This document shows, piece after piece, positions 12,289-25,329 of a stretch of 64,000 bases of DNA (position 1 is the first letter of the stretch; each line of letters starts with the position of its first letter). This DNA is from Octopus bimaculoides (taxonomy: Eukaryota). The DNA is taken from assembly GCF_001194135.2 (NCBI RefSeq), contig NC_068981.1, positions 156,606,715 to 156,670,714 on the forward strand. The letters run 5' to 3'. The position numbers and the translations under genes are program-made. The notes beneath the pieces were generated by a model. That model saw nothing but the letters and a program-made list of their open reading frames with translations, made no database searches and had not been told where the DNA came from.

Positions 12289-12887
12289 AGGATCTTTTTT
12301 AAAACGGGGGCCACATTTTTCATTAACGAAACACTTTGAAACTTGGAACACTGGTAGAATGTGTCATATAAAACATCTTTTTCTCTTAGTCTTCTTAAAA
12401 AAAAAAGAAATCCATAAATTATTCCATGTTAAAGTTGTTGTATTTCTGTAATTTCAACCAATCACTGACGTCCATTCAGCCGATATACATTAAGTGCCGA
12501 CTACATAAACAAACGATTCTGAAACAATTAACCCTAACCCTAACCCTAACTCTAACCCTAACCCTAACCCTAGGGTTAGGGTTAGGGTTAGGGTTAAAGC
12601 AAATTTAAAATGAAAAAAGCAAATAAAACGAAGGTATGGAGATTAAATACGCTTCACATCGCTTAATCAGCCAAGGAGTAAATGTAAACAACTGAATACT
12701 TGTCAGTGATTGGTTGAAATTATCGAAATAAGACAATTTTTTACATGAAATAAATTCGAATACAAAAATATTTTTCTGTTCTATAACACAAAATAGATAA
12801 GTATACGAAGTTTGAAAGTCTTTCGGTACCAAAAACACTACGTAAAACATTAATGAAAAATGTGGCCCCCGTTTTAAAAAAGATCCT
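12289..12887. mobile_element. Non-autonomous TIR element (MITE-like) with central inverted telomeric repeats
   Basis: Perfect 38-bp TIRs aggatcttttttaaaacgggggccacatttttcattaa; inner 20-bp inverted repeat aatttcaaccaatcactgac; (CCCTAA)n-(TTAGGG)n at 12528-12597. Confidence 0.85.
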
Positions 12888-13716
12888 GTATGTATGTATG
12901 TATGTATGCATGCATGCATGCATGTATGTATGTACCTGTGAGTGTGTGTGTATTTCTTTTTATATCAAGTTATAAACATGCACAAAAATGATGGTCTCTT
13001 CCATCCAATTTGGCGTATAGTGGTCCGAACTTCAGAAGAAAAAAGATTTAGTTGTTATAGTTCTGTCACTTGTGAGATTATAATCTAGCAAATGATTACA
13101 ATTGGAATAGATTATTTGCTTATATATAGCTGTGAAGTCATGAGTAGGACCAATGAGGATGTGGTTTAACGGAAACTCGGCTACTATTTGTTATATGTAC
13201 GCAATATACAACGTCTTCCTCAGGTTTGTAGCGGCGTAACTTTCTTCTAGAACGAGAGCTAAAGTGCACCGCTCTCACTGTGTTCTTTCGGTATACTAGA
13301 CAACAATCCTAAATGTCTAAGAACTCGGACTACACACTCAAGTACATATACATACATATGCGCGTGCTACATATATATTTTATCCATTTTACTAATTTCT
13401 GTCAATGGGCTGCTATTATGCTGAGGACCAACTTCAAGGATTCTAGGCGATCATATCGGCCCTAGTATTTATTTAAGATTGGTAGTATTTTTATCGGACT
13501 CTAATGTAGCAAACTGCTGTCTGGACATAAATGGACACAACTTGGACAGTAAAATAAACATAAACGCAGGTACGCACGAAATATATGCATACACATATGT
13601 TCGCACATTTACATATAAATGTCGGACTTCCATGCTACACAGTTTCCGTCTATCACAGTTTTCATCTATCAAATTCAAAGGTATTGAGTAATATAAGACT
13701 ATAGTAAATGATATGT

Positions 13717-13787
13717 GTCCCAAATGCCGTGCGGCTGGGTCCCAAATGCCGTGCGGCTGGGTCTCAAAAGCCGTGCGGCTGGATTGA
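13717..13787 (+). repeat. 3 x 22-bp GC-rich tandem repeat gtcccaaatgccgtgcggctgg
   Basis: Units at 13717, 13739, 13761; the third has 2 substitutions. Confidence 0.95.
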
Positions 13788-14514
13788 ACTCAGAAACATT
13801 TGGAAGTGAAACGGACTTATTAAGATACACAAAATATGTCTGTAATCTTTCAGATACAATTCATTAATGGAAACAGAACTGCAAGCAATTGATAATGCTT
13901 TCCCCTATTTGTCGTTAGAAGTGTCATTCTTTTAAAAATTTAGACAGGTGCACTAGTTGAATATGCAGCTGGCATTTAGTCCAGACTGTTAAATATATAA
14001 GGAAGACTACTCAGTCAAGCTGTACGTTCACTGACGAGATAGTCAAGAATTAATAGAATTTGTGTTGCTAAGGAGCCAAAGCCGATTGAAAATTCTTCAG
14101 GAGTGCTCTCACGTGGTTACGCTTAGGTACCACCTCTGATATTGGGGGAGATATCGTTGGCTGTTATAGTATCTGGTATTTTTCAGAAAGGCATGAAGTG
14201 AAAACTCCTAGACATGAGAATAAAATATATGATCTCTTGGCCTAAAATGTGCAACTTACGCACAGCCAAGAAAAAGTTAATCTTGGATAATATAATTCCA
14301 ATAATAATCTAAACACAAGATCTGAAATGTTTTACGAAATGTTGTCATTTCTGAATTTTGAATTGCTGACCAATACCATATTAAGAATACTAATATTGGA
14401 TTTGAATAAGTTGATGAAAATTTTCTGTATTTATTGGATGCCATTTCACTCTCACTAAATTGAATACTTTTTTGCTGTTCCTATCTATAAAAGAACAGTA
14501 CACTATACGTACGT

Positions 14515-14695
14515 ACATACATACATACATACATACATACGTACATACGTATATATATAGATACATGTGTATATATGTACAAGCAGACCAACATACATAC
14601 ACACACACAAACATACCCACGCGCACACGCACACACACACACACACACAGACATACACACACAGACAGACACACACAGACATACACACACAGACA

Positions 14696-14732
<37 letters not shown>

Positions 14733-14741
14733 ACAGACACG

Positions 14742-14778
<37 letters not shown>

Positions 14779-14848
14779 ACAGACACGCACGCACACACAC
14801 ACGCGCACACACACACACACGCACACACACACACACACACACACACGT
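14515..14848. repeat. Compound (TACA)n/(CA)n/(CAGA)n microsatellite
   Basis: Direct reading. Confidence 0.95.
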
Positions 14849-16505
14849 GCACAATTTTTTGCAAAGATCAGACTTTTCTCCTCTGAAACATATAGAATGA
14901 CAGATTCATTCTTATTTTCTTGAAGTTATCTTTGAGAGTTGATAACGGTGGACGCTAGGTTTTTGCTTTCTTTCTCGGAAAGAAAAAATTCAGCTGAAAA
15001 GTGTCTGTGTATGGTGTACAGTACACCACGTCTTAACTATGTATCAAGAGAAAGTCACTGCAGCTGTTAGCATTTGGCCAAAGTCCACCAAACGCCTCCG
15101 TCCGCTTGTCTTTGTACTTGAAATTTGTTTTAATTATAAATTCGTTATAACAGTCAAGGCGTCTACCACCTACTGAATAGGTCAATTAGTCAAGAGACAA
15201 AAAATTTAACCTACTTACTCATTTTGCTTGCAAATATGCTTATTGAACAGTTTATTACAGTTGTTACATTTCGAATTTTGACCTCTTCTTGAGTTACATA
15301 TATTAATTATTTTCTCTGTTTATATTCTTTGTTATGTACTGAAATGACGTAGAATATTTTCTCAGAGTCAAAAAATTTTCTGTGAAAATCTCATGCCTTT
15401 CCCTAAATATTATAATTATCTTAAATAGGTGTGTAGCGAGCTTCACATTGTGCAAAATGTGCAATGTTCAGTACTAATCTGATAAAACAAAGTTGTTGGA
15501 CAGCTTAAGCTCTCTAGGAACCAAATTGTGACACGCAAATACGTATTCAAATTGAACTAAAGATTGAACAAGGAGTTTTTTAAGACAGCAAATTTTGGAA
15601 AACACTGTTCTGGGAATAAATTTGATAAAAGTTTTAAACCAGCATGCAATGACTTAATTCAGTTCGTTTTTAATTATGATCTAGTTTATGCAGGTAGGGA
15701 ATTACTCATGCTGTTTGCAAGCCCTTTTGCGCTGTCAAGATCGATGCGCTTAATATTCAGTATGGATATCTATGGGATAATGTTGACAGAGAAAGTTTTC
15801 TAAGGGAGTACAATTCTGCAGGGGCGATTGAAAGAAAAAAAGAATTCATTACGAGATAAGTGTGACGTGGAAAATGGAATGAGTGTACCAGGTGGGCTGG
15901 GATGAATGAGGATTTCCCACTAGCAAGTTGGATACACTCAAGCGTATATGAATATTTTTCTCAAATATCATGCTGACTTGAGTAAACTTTATTATGTTGG
16001 TGAGCTGTAATAGACTGAAATTTGTCCACAATTGCCCCTTGCTAATCTTTTTCAACTGCATCCGAGTGATTAAGAAGTTTTCCCCAGCAATCATGAGATG
16101 CGAATTCGTTCCCACTGCGTGGAATCTTGAGCAATCATCTTTTGCCTTAGCCACGGGTCAACCTTATGAATAATATTGGATAGACGGAATTTGTGTGAGA
16201 ATCCAGTGAACAGATTGTGCTTTTAAATCAAAGGTTCAGTCTGGTAACACTGTGACACGCTCAGTCTGACTGAGAATTATGTTAAGAGTACTTTTAAGTC
16301 TGGAATACTCAGCCACTTTCATGTTAATTCAGTGAGTGGTTAATTCAGTCGATCGTACCACTAAACACTTATCGCCGAAACCGACGGATATTCAATATTC
16401 CTTACATTAACACAAAGTGCTTTTATTGTTATTACTGTTTAGCCCAAGCCAGCCTTCATTCAAGCAGATCTCCGAACAACGGCGTTCCGGCTTTGACCCC
16501 CCGCC

Positions 16506-16506
<1 letters not shown>

Positions 16507-16596
<90 letters not shown>

Positions 16597-16630
16597 TCCT
16601 CCATCTCTCTCTCCCTCTCTCTCTCTCTCT
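16507..16630. repeat. (TCTG)n-(CT)n microsatellite
   Basis: Direct reading. Confidence 0.95.
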
Positions 16631-16689
16631 GAGATATAATGTTTCTAAGATGACAATATGCAATACATTTCTAATTTTTACAAGATAGG

Positions 16690-17090
16690 ATGTGAGTTAT
16701 AAGAGATTTTGACTTCTAACCAGCCAGGTAGCCAAGAGTGGGAGAACAGTCTTCTGGCAGAAATATAACATCTTTTGGAAAGAATGAACGAGAAGTTGTG
16801 ACATTCATAACTTTCCATAAGACACTTATAATATATTAAAATATCGGGTCTGTTTTTGCCTCTCTTAAGTAGAATTGGATCATTATAATAATAATTCTTT
16901 TCCTTCGCCAGGGTTGTAGTTTCAACTAATTGAAAATTTATGGTTCGCTGCACTAAATATGTTCGCATAGACGTTACCAATTTGCTTTCATGCAGAGTGT
17001 GTCTAAGTATTTTTTGTAGTCTTGCCTCTACTGGTTGCTTATGTTAGTACAATACCCCATAATCTAGTGCTTCTCGTAAAGACACTTGGC
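16690..17090 (-). mobile_element. RLE-type LINE endonuclease fragment
   Basis: YYNDPI..KNRPDILIY (PD motif context), highly decayed. Confidence 0.5.
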
Positions 17091-17789
17091 CTCCCACTGT
17101 TGGGACATCTCCAGGGTTGAAAAGAGGGTGGGAATATTAACAACTGTAGTAGTAGTATCAATCATAATGAGAAACAACAATTACTACTTTAATTTTTCTT
17201 ATAGCTTAGTCAGAGGAGGAAAAGCAATGCTCATGACCCTTTTACAGGGCCTTTGAGACTAGTGAAAGTAAAAGAGAAAGACATACTCAGAGCAGAGACT
17301 TGACTCGACTGCTTGTAATAGAGTACTCAAGTGCTAGAAGGTGGTATTAAACCGGGCGACGACTATAGTTTATTATTCATATCTTACAATGTATGTGAAA
17401 AAATACGAGATGGTCATGGCTGCGCGATCAGGGCTGACCTCAGGCAAATATAGGTTACAATATAAGTTACAGCAGAAAGTATAAGTTGCAATATCAAACT
17501 AAGCTACGATATCAATTGACAAACTGTTTGGTTTTATATTAATCTCAACTGAAATAAACATTCGAAATTCGTTTCATTGTTATTATTTTATTTGGAATTA
17601 TTATTGTAGTAAGTTTGTGACTTGTTAATTTATATTTTTATGTCAGTTGAAAATACCTCTGTAACAGTTTGTTTATAATTTGGTAATGTGTGTGTATTTG
17701 TGTTTGACTTTACAAATAGGGAAGGGAAAATTATTCAGTATATACAGTTGAGTATATATTCTTCAAGGTGAAGCTTTTTTCTGTTATGT

Positions 17790-18050
17790 ACAGAAAGAGA
17801 AAAGGTCGACAAATATGGAGACCTGAAAATTGAGATCGCCAAGATCTGACAGATACGGGAGTCAAACATAAAGATCATTCCTGTTGTCATCGGAGTATTG
17901 GGTCCAATACTATTCATCCTGAAGAAACATCTGAACACTTTAGAAATACCTTATAATCATGGTGTATTGCAAAAATTGGCTTTACTTGGGACTGCAGGCA
18001 TACTGCGTAAAGTGCTATCCGAGGTTCTTGCTTTGACTTGATAGACAGCA
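17790..18050 (+). mobile_element. R4/Dong-like LINE 3' end
   Basis: EKVDKYGDLKIEIAKI*..IIPVVIGVLG..LQKLALLGTAGILRKVL. Confidence 0.8.
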
Positions 18051-18322
18051 CAAATCCCTGGTACACACAATATCTTCAATCTACAATATCACAATATTGG
18101 ATACTGTGCGACGAGGGCAGAGCAGGTCTAAAAACTGCTCTATTGGAGACAGCTAGGATTCTGAGATAGGTACATAGGTGTTGAGTGTCTTCCACGGTAA
18201 GTTAATATCTAAGTACCAAAGCTTATAATTTACAGAAAGAGACCCTGTGTGACCTCTGACAAGTTGCCGTACACTCTTACAAAATCAACCAAAGCAAATA
18301 AAACCGAGAGCTCTGAGAAGTA

Positions 18323-19990
18323 AAATAATAATAATGGTAATAACTGACACGGCTCTAAAAGGGCTAGTAGTAATTGTGAAAAAATTCAGTGATGACATCA
18401 ATATGGAATTTGGCCTTGACAAGTGTGAAAAAGCTTCGTTGAAACGTGGTAAACTGACAGCTAATACCACGGCCCAACTTCATCATGATACATCAGGCAA
18501 GGACCTGGATCAAGAGGGTTTTTATAAGTATGTGCTGGGTACACGAAGGGTAAGGGATTCAACACGGATCAACGAAAGAAAAGATCAGGAAAGAGTATTA
18601 TAGACGTGTCAGAATGGTCGTGAATACTGAACTGAACTCCCAGAATAGAAAATAGAATTGCTGCTATAAACTCCTTGGTGGTACCAGTTGTCCACTATAA
18701 CCATAATTTCATCAACTGGAATCTGAGTGAACCTCAGCGTATGGACATAAAGACCAGGGAACTGCTGACACTAAACAGGTTGCACCACCCAAAATCAGAC
18801 ATCCACATCTCTACAAACTACAAACAAACCCTCTCCCTTTTTCTTCTCGTACAAAAATCAGACATCCACTCTATCTCCCTCAGAAGGAAGGAGGCAGAGG
18901 TCTAATCCAACTTGAAACATTCTATAAAATGACCACGATTCGACTCTAAATGTACATCCAAATTAACACCGACTGGATGATACAACTGGCAAGGCAACAG
19001 GAACAGAGTAAGAAACTACACTCAGTCTCAAAGGAGGCATATAAAATACAGACAAGAGCTTAACCGCCCTGATTATGATGATAAAAGGGAGGACACACCA
19101 CCCACTAAGGCAGCGAAAAAAGTGTAAAACAAATATGCCAAACAGGAAAGTTTGAAGGAAATACCGAGACTGTGGCAAGAAAGACCATTACATTGGCAAT
19201 ACCCCAAACGAACAGGGAAAGCTGATATAGATATGAGAAAAACTCATCAGTGGCTGCAGAGTGATGGTTTGAAAGCCGAAACAGTAGGATTTATCCTAGT
19301 GGCACAAGATCAGAGTCTCATCACTCGGAACTACCAAGCTAATGTCACACAGAATGAGGCAGACACAAAGTGTAGACTCTGCAATGACAAACTTGAGAGT
19401 ATTGACCACATTGTTGCTGGTTGCTTTGTCCTTGCTCCTACAGAGTATAAACCTAGACATGATCAAGTTAGCCAATACTTGCACTGGAGCATATGCCGTC
19501 ACTATGATATCCAGCACCCTAAGAACTGGTATGAACACCATCCAGATCCAATCTCTGAGGAAAAGAATGTTACCATCCTGTGGGATTATGGAATACATAT
19601 AGACAGGCAAATAAATAATAACAGACCGGACATCGTCATCAAAGACCTAAAACAAAAAAACATGCCTGTTAATTGATATGACAGTACCTACTGATAGAAA
19701 CATCTCAGCAAAGGAATTTGAAATACTGTCGAAATATAAGGGTCCCAAATGCCGTGCGGCTGGATTGAGATATCTAGGATCTGGCAATTAAAAACCAAAA
19801 CCATCCCTGTTGTAGTAGGTGCCTTGGGAATGATCAAGAAAGGTAGTGACATATATTTTGACCAGATCCCTGGGAAACAAACAATCTTAGAGAATCAAAA
19901 AATTGTGTTGACGTCAACTGCCCACGTTCTCAGGAAGTTTCTCTCCGTTTAATATAAAGGTGCTTTAGGTCTCTAGTTGACACCCGGTCA
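18323..19990 (+). mobile_element. R4/Dong-like LINE, 5'-truncated
   Basis: FSDDINMEFGLDKC; CRLCNDKLESIDHIVAGC..RHDQV; LWDYGIHID..NNRPDIVI; VVVGALG; starts right after (AAT)4. Confidence 0.9.
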
Positions 19991-20615
19991 GAAGATGAAA
20001 TAAAATGCAGTATCTGAGCCCTAATGCAGTATCATGCCCAGATGCAGTACCAGGCACTGGCTCTCATGGCTTCTGATCTTAACTGATTGGAAGTGTTATT
20101 ATGTACATATTTTGTCTTGGTATAAAAGATGGGCTACAACAAATATTCTGCTCAATACCATAGATTTGCTTGTCAGTTGCTTGACCTTCACTAGTTGAGC
20201 ATGTCTCTTGGTGGCTGACAATATGCGCGTCTCTGATCATGAGCAGAAGTAGTGGGAGAGCATCATAGCCATGTGTTGAGAAGAATTCTTTGGTATTTGA
20301 ATAATTCACTTCTGGAAACGTGGGTGTTTCGATTAACATCCTTAAACAACCCTTTTTCAAAGACATTTTGAGCTGGATAAGCTACTTGACCTGCAGAAAC
20401 TTCTAACTGGACTCTACTTGCAAGGTCATATGCTGTATATCTTGATATGAGATCACCATGTCGCACACATATAGTTGTGATGCATGTGCCTGGTGTCCCC
20501 TTATCGGACGGGTAGTCATGATGGATATGCTGAGTTTCCTATATTTTAGCCCAGTGTCACTTTGATGGTATGCACTGCTCTCTCACTCAATAATAATGAT
20601 ATTAACAATAATAAC

Positions 20616-20817
20616 TTTGGCACAAGGCCAGCAATTCCAGGGAAGTGATTAAGTCGATTACATTGACCCCCAGTGATAAACTAGTACTTATTTTATCGAT
20701 CCCGAAAAGATGAAAGGCAAAAACGACCTCGGCGAAATTTGAACTCAGAACGTAAAGAGGGACAAAATTCTGCTAAGCATTTAGCCCGGCGTGTTAGCGA
20801 TTCTGCCAGCTTGTCTT
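20616..20817 (-). mobile_element. tRNA-derived SINE, family A
   Basis: Family homology. Confidence 0.9.
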
Positions 20818-20888
20818 ATTATTATTATTATCATTGTTATTCTGAAAGACTCTTGAAATCACAGTATGTTCTTAATATTTTAGCCATC

Positions 20889-21125
20889 TAAGTCTGCGAG
20901 CTGGCAGAAACGTTAGCACGCCGGGCGAAATGTTTAGCGGCATTTCGTCTGCCGCTACGTTCTGAGTTCAAATTCCGCCGAGGTTGACTTTGCCTTTCAT
21001 CCTTTCGGGATCGATTAAATAAGTACCAATTACGCACTGGGATCGATATAATCGACTTAATCCGTTTGTCTGTCCTTGTTTGCCCCCTCTGTGTGTAGCC
21101 CCTTGAGGGCAATAAAGAAATAAGA
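20889..21125 (+). mobile_element. tRNA-derived SINE family A with an alternative (Tx1-type) 3' tail
   Basis: Head gagctggcagaaacgttagc, B box gagttcaaattcc; tail 21061-21125 differs from the other copies. Confidence 0.9.
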
Positions 21126-21129
21126 AGAG

Positions 21130-21250
21130 ACTGAGAGAATAAGCACCAGGCTTACAGGGAATAAGTCCTGGAGTCGATTTCTTCGATTAAAGGGCGGTGC
21201 TCCAGCATGGCCACCATCAAATGTCTGAAACAACTAAAAGAATAAAAGAA
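21130..21250 (+). mobile_element. SINE family B 3' fragment
   Basis: ggcggtgctccagcatggcc..actgaaacaa.taaaaga also at 33105-33160. Confidence 0.7.
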
Positions 21251-21504
21251 TACTAGATGAACGTTCCGTACCACTAAACCAAGATTAGTTCTTTGAATAT
21301 GTACGATGTATTTTAAAGCTAAATAGTAATTCTGTTTACGTTTGCGTAACAGATATTTTGGTTGGATTATATAGTTATTGGTTTTACACTTCTTTCTCTA
21401 TTCTGTAACTGTCACAATATAGAAACATTTCTCATGGCATCAGCACACAATTTACAGATGCTTACATTTTTTATATTTTCCGTGAAGTTTTCACAGGTCC
21501 AGCT

Positions 21505-21508
21505 AGTT

Positions 21509-21589
<81 letters not shown>
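21505..21589. repeat. (ATT)n microsatellite
   Basis: Direct reading. Confidence 0.97.
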
Positions 21590-21599
21590 GCCCCACAAG

Positions 21600-24500
21600 A
21601 TTTGCCTCTTCCCTCCTCCGAACACTGAGACATGTCCTGCGAGGAGAGAGAGAGGAAGAAGAGCCTAAATGGCAACAAGTCGCCAGATCAAAAAGAAAAG
21701 GGAACAAAAAATCGCCAACTAAAACACAAAAATCTGGCCGATATGATGACAGTGAGGAGACACGTGACAAAACAAACACACAAACACCTCCCCCACTAGA
21801 AACCACACCAGCACTGTCAACAACAACAACAACAACAGCATCCCCATGAGCACTGTCAGCACTGTCACCAGCACCACAAGCACAATCCAGTTCACACACA
21901 CGAGTCGCAGCTCGCACATCCCAGCACCAGCAACACACAATCATCAACTACACAACAATAAACAAACAATAAAGAATTAATGGCACTCATACACAACCAT
22001 ACAAACACCGATTTCATCACACCATCAAACAACAAACCGCCACACATAAAATTCCTGTTAACATCACAAAGCACGTACAACAAAATTAAAACAAAATATC
22101 CGCAAAGAGTTGGGGCCTTCAGGAAACATATAAACAAAAGACTGTGCAACGAAATGCTCGTGGAAACAGCCACAAATAACAATGGAAATTGTTATTTCAC
22201 AGTAAATAGCCTTTTCCACTTCTATACTGCGATCCTACATGGCCTCGCTGACGACAAGCAGTATAAATGCACATGGTCTGGGGTCGCCTTGGAAACAGGG
22301 TCATCCGTTCAACGACTTCAAGTCACTAAATGTTAATGTGGTGGCCATCAGTGAAACTAGGCTCGTCCATGCTCGTTTTCGGTGGATACGAGATCTATTT
22401 ATCTCCATGTCAACCGGGTGGAGTGGGACTGTGGTGTTGTTCCTGGATCTCGAGATAAAGACTATCCTCCTGGATCCAGAAGGTAAGTTGGTGGTCCTGG
22501 ATGTGAACAGTAGTGACAGGGATGCCTTCAGGCTGGTGGCTGTCTATGCTCCGACAGGAGCAGAGCAGTCAACTTTCCTCAGACGCCTGGGAGCTTTCCT
22601 GGGAACCTCCGGTCTTTTAACTCTTATGGATGACTGGAAGGCTGTCTTAGAGCCACGTTTGGACCGTGTGAAGCTAGCGAATAGAGGCGGTGAATGCAAA
22701 AGCCTCGCAAACCTGCTCAGATGTTTTCAACTGTCTGACGGGTACTGGCTGGATTTCTTGAATGTGCAAGTGTGGACCAAGTCTAACTGCATCGGGTCAT
22801 CCAAGTCGGATTTAGAGAGAATTTTTTGTAGGTCAGTAGATAAGAATAGTATAAGTTGTCCACTTTTCAAAATCGTCGCGTACACAGACCACAAATTTGT
22901 GACCTGTACGGTCGACTTAGACTACATAGACAGGGACCCGGTTACTGGAAACTGAACGCATCACTCCTGACGTTCCAAGCTTACAGAGACAGGATTAGCG
23001 AATTAGTTAAGCGGGCGCTAACAGGGTCAATACTTAACAATAAATGATAGAATATTAACAATAAATGATAGAATCGATTAGGTTTAGCAAGGCACTAGCG
23101 ATAAAAGAAAATAGAAGGAAAGATAATTAAGGACTTAGAAGAGGCGCTTAGGAGAGGCATTGCAAACGACGTGCTGGCGGCGAGATTGTTCCTCGACTAA
23201 TTGTTCAACGCTAAGCACGAAGGATGCATTGTCAGAGTTAAGGTACGTACCCTAAGAAACGAGGGAATTAAAACCGCTCGATGGGCCCGAGTTGCAGAGG
23301 CTCAACGTGGCAACAAAGCCACAATTCGGTCTTCGGTGGACGAAAGTAGGCGCACAGTACTTGAGCCCGAGCGGATGTATGCGGTATTTCAGCAGTATTT
23401 CGCCCAACTGTCTGGGACGAATGGTGGGCTGGAACGCAGGATGGACTTTAGTACCACGACTCTCGGCAGGTGAGGCGAGCCGTTGCGAAATACCGACAGC
23501 AGCCGTGGAAATACGCACTGCGATGATGAGCAACACGGAATACAAACCGCTTGGTTTAGATGATCTGCACTACGAGCTTTACTATTGTATGCCAGACTTG
23601 TTTGGTGACCTCTTAGCAGATAACTACCGCAACTGGCAGCAGAACTGAGTCCTTTCTCAGCAGTAGTGGCACTGCTGAGAAATAACCCAGACAAGGGTGA
23701 TCAAATCGAAACGGCCCATAACACTGCTGAACGCAGACTTCAAAATTTTGGCCAAGGTGCTAGCGAAGAGGTTGGCGCTTGTCGAGGAACTAATTGGTGA
23801 TGTGCAAACATGCCCATCTCAGGCAGATCCATCCACGACAACCTCCACCCCATGCGATACATCATAGACAGGGTAGGTAATGAAGATGGTATGGGTGGGG
23901 CGTTGATCAATTTGGATCACTCTAAAGCCCTTGATAGGGTCGACCACCAATACTTGGCGGCTGTTCTCATTGCAGCCGGTCTCGGTTCCGTTTTCCGTGG
24001 CTGGATCGCAGCAACGTACAGCGACATCTGCTCGGTAGTTCGGGTGAATGGTTACCTATCGCAACCATTCAGCATCATGCGTTTGGTCCGTCATGGGTGT
24101 GTCCTCTCGTTTTTCCTGTATGTGATGGCTCTAGAGTCACTACTGCGGAAATTAGAGGCGCTGAAAGGTATCCCGTGCGAAATAACGCGTGGGAGAACCG
24201 TGTCGGCATACGCGGACAACGTCAGTCATAGTATCGAATAACAGGCACACAGACTTGCTCAGCATCGCTCTAAAAGAACACGAGGGGGTAACAGGAGCAA
24301 AAATTAACCAGGAGAAGTCCGTGGGCCTTCAACTCGGCACCTAGAGAGGTAGGTTCATGCCTTCCAATTGGACGGAAAGACCGGTTAAATTGCTTGGGGT
24401 CTGGTTCGGTTCAGATTTCCAGGTGTAGAAAAACTGGAACGAAGTGGTGAGCAGGGTGGCCAATCTCACCCAGAAATAGACTGAGAGAAAGCTACCCCTG

Positions 24501-24836
24501 AAAGGTCGAGCAGAGGTGGCGAATGCTTACATCGCATCCGTCATCTACTACCGCCTCACCATCGTACCCTGTCCCGGTTCGAGTCTGACCAAACTGGGGT
24601 GCCTTCTTTTCCGCGTTCTGTGGATGAGACGCGTTCCACTGGTCAGGCACTCCATTGGCTGTCAACACCCACTAAATAGAGGGCTATTTAGTGCCATGGC
24701 TATTGTTGTGCAGACATGCGCTGAGGCTACAACATCTCCATCATTTCCTAGACGGTGAGCAGGTGTGGTCGCCGTTCGCCAGATGCGATTTCCCACAGCT
24801 TGTCTGTTTGACTGACCTGCAGTCTTGGATCAAGCT
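21600..24836 (+). mobile_element. Tx1/L1-like LINE: ORF1 C-terminus + ORF2 (APE endonuclease, RT), degenerate
   Basis: ORF 22239-22955 SINAHGL..AISETRL..VAVYAPTG..YTDHKFV; RT motifs GRSIHDNL, GALINLDHSKALDRVDH, VRHGCVLS, VSAYADNV. Confidence 0.92.
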
Positions 24837-25080
24837 GTGGCTGGTGTTGCTGTTGTGATTGATGCTGATGATGTTGTTGGGGTTGCTGTTGATGTTGTTG
24901 GGGCTGCTGTTGATACTGGTAACCATAAGAGCATCACAGCAAACCACAGCACATACCCAAGGCACACAGAGCTGCGCTCGGTAGTGAAGTGAAAGCACGT
25001 TATAAAAATAAGACTACTGCATAATAATAATAATGATGATGATGATGATGATGATAATAATAATAATAATAATAACAATC

Positions 25081-25290
25081 CTTTCTAGTATAGGCACAAG
25101 GCCTGAAATTTGTGGGGAGGGAGCCAGTCGATTAGATCGACCCTAGTACGCAACTGATACTTAATTTATCGACCCCGAAAGGGTGAAAGGCAAAGTCGAT
25201 CTCGGCAGAATTTGAACTCAGAACATAGCTTTAGACAAATACCGCTGAGCATTTTGCTCGGCGTGCTAACGATTCTGCCAGCTCGCCTTA
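25081..25290 (-). mobile_element. tRNA-derived SINE, family A variant tail
   Basis: Family homology. Confidence 0.88.
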
Positions 25291-25329
25291 ATGAGTGTTT
25301 GCGTGTAAACAAGACTAACAAAATAAAAC

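Noticed and set aside
12528-12597. Telomere fusion scar
   Set aside because: The order is (CCCTAA)n then (TTAGGG)n, opposite to an end-to-end fusion, and it lies inside a TIR element.
13717-13787. CRISPR-like array
   Set aside because: Units are contiguous with no spacers, no cas genes, eukaryotic context.
22248-22302. Hammerhead-like core (CTGACGA, caag/cttg, GAAA, GUC)
   Set aside because: No stem I, and it lies in APE coding sequence; treated as a chance match.
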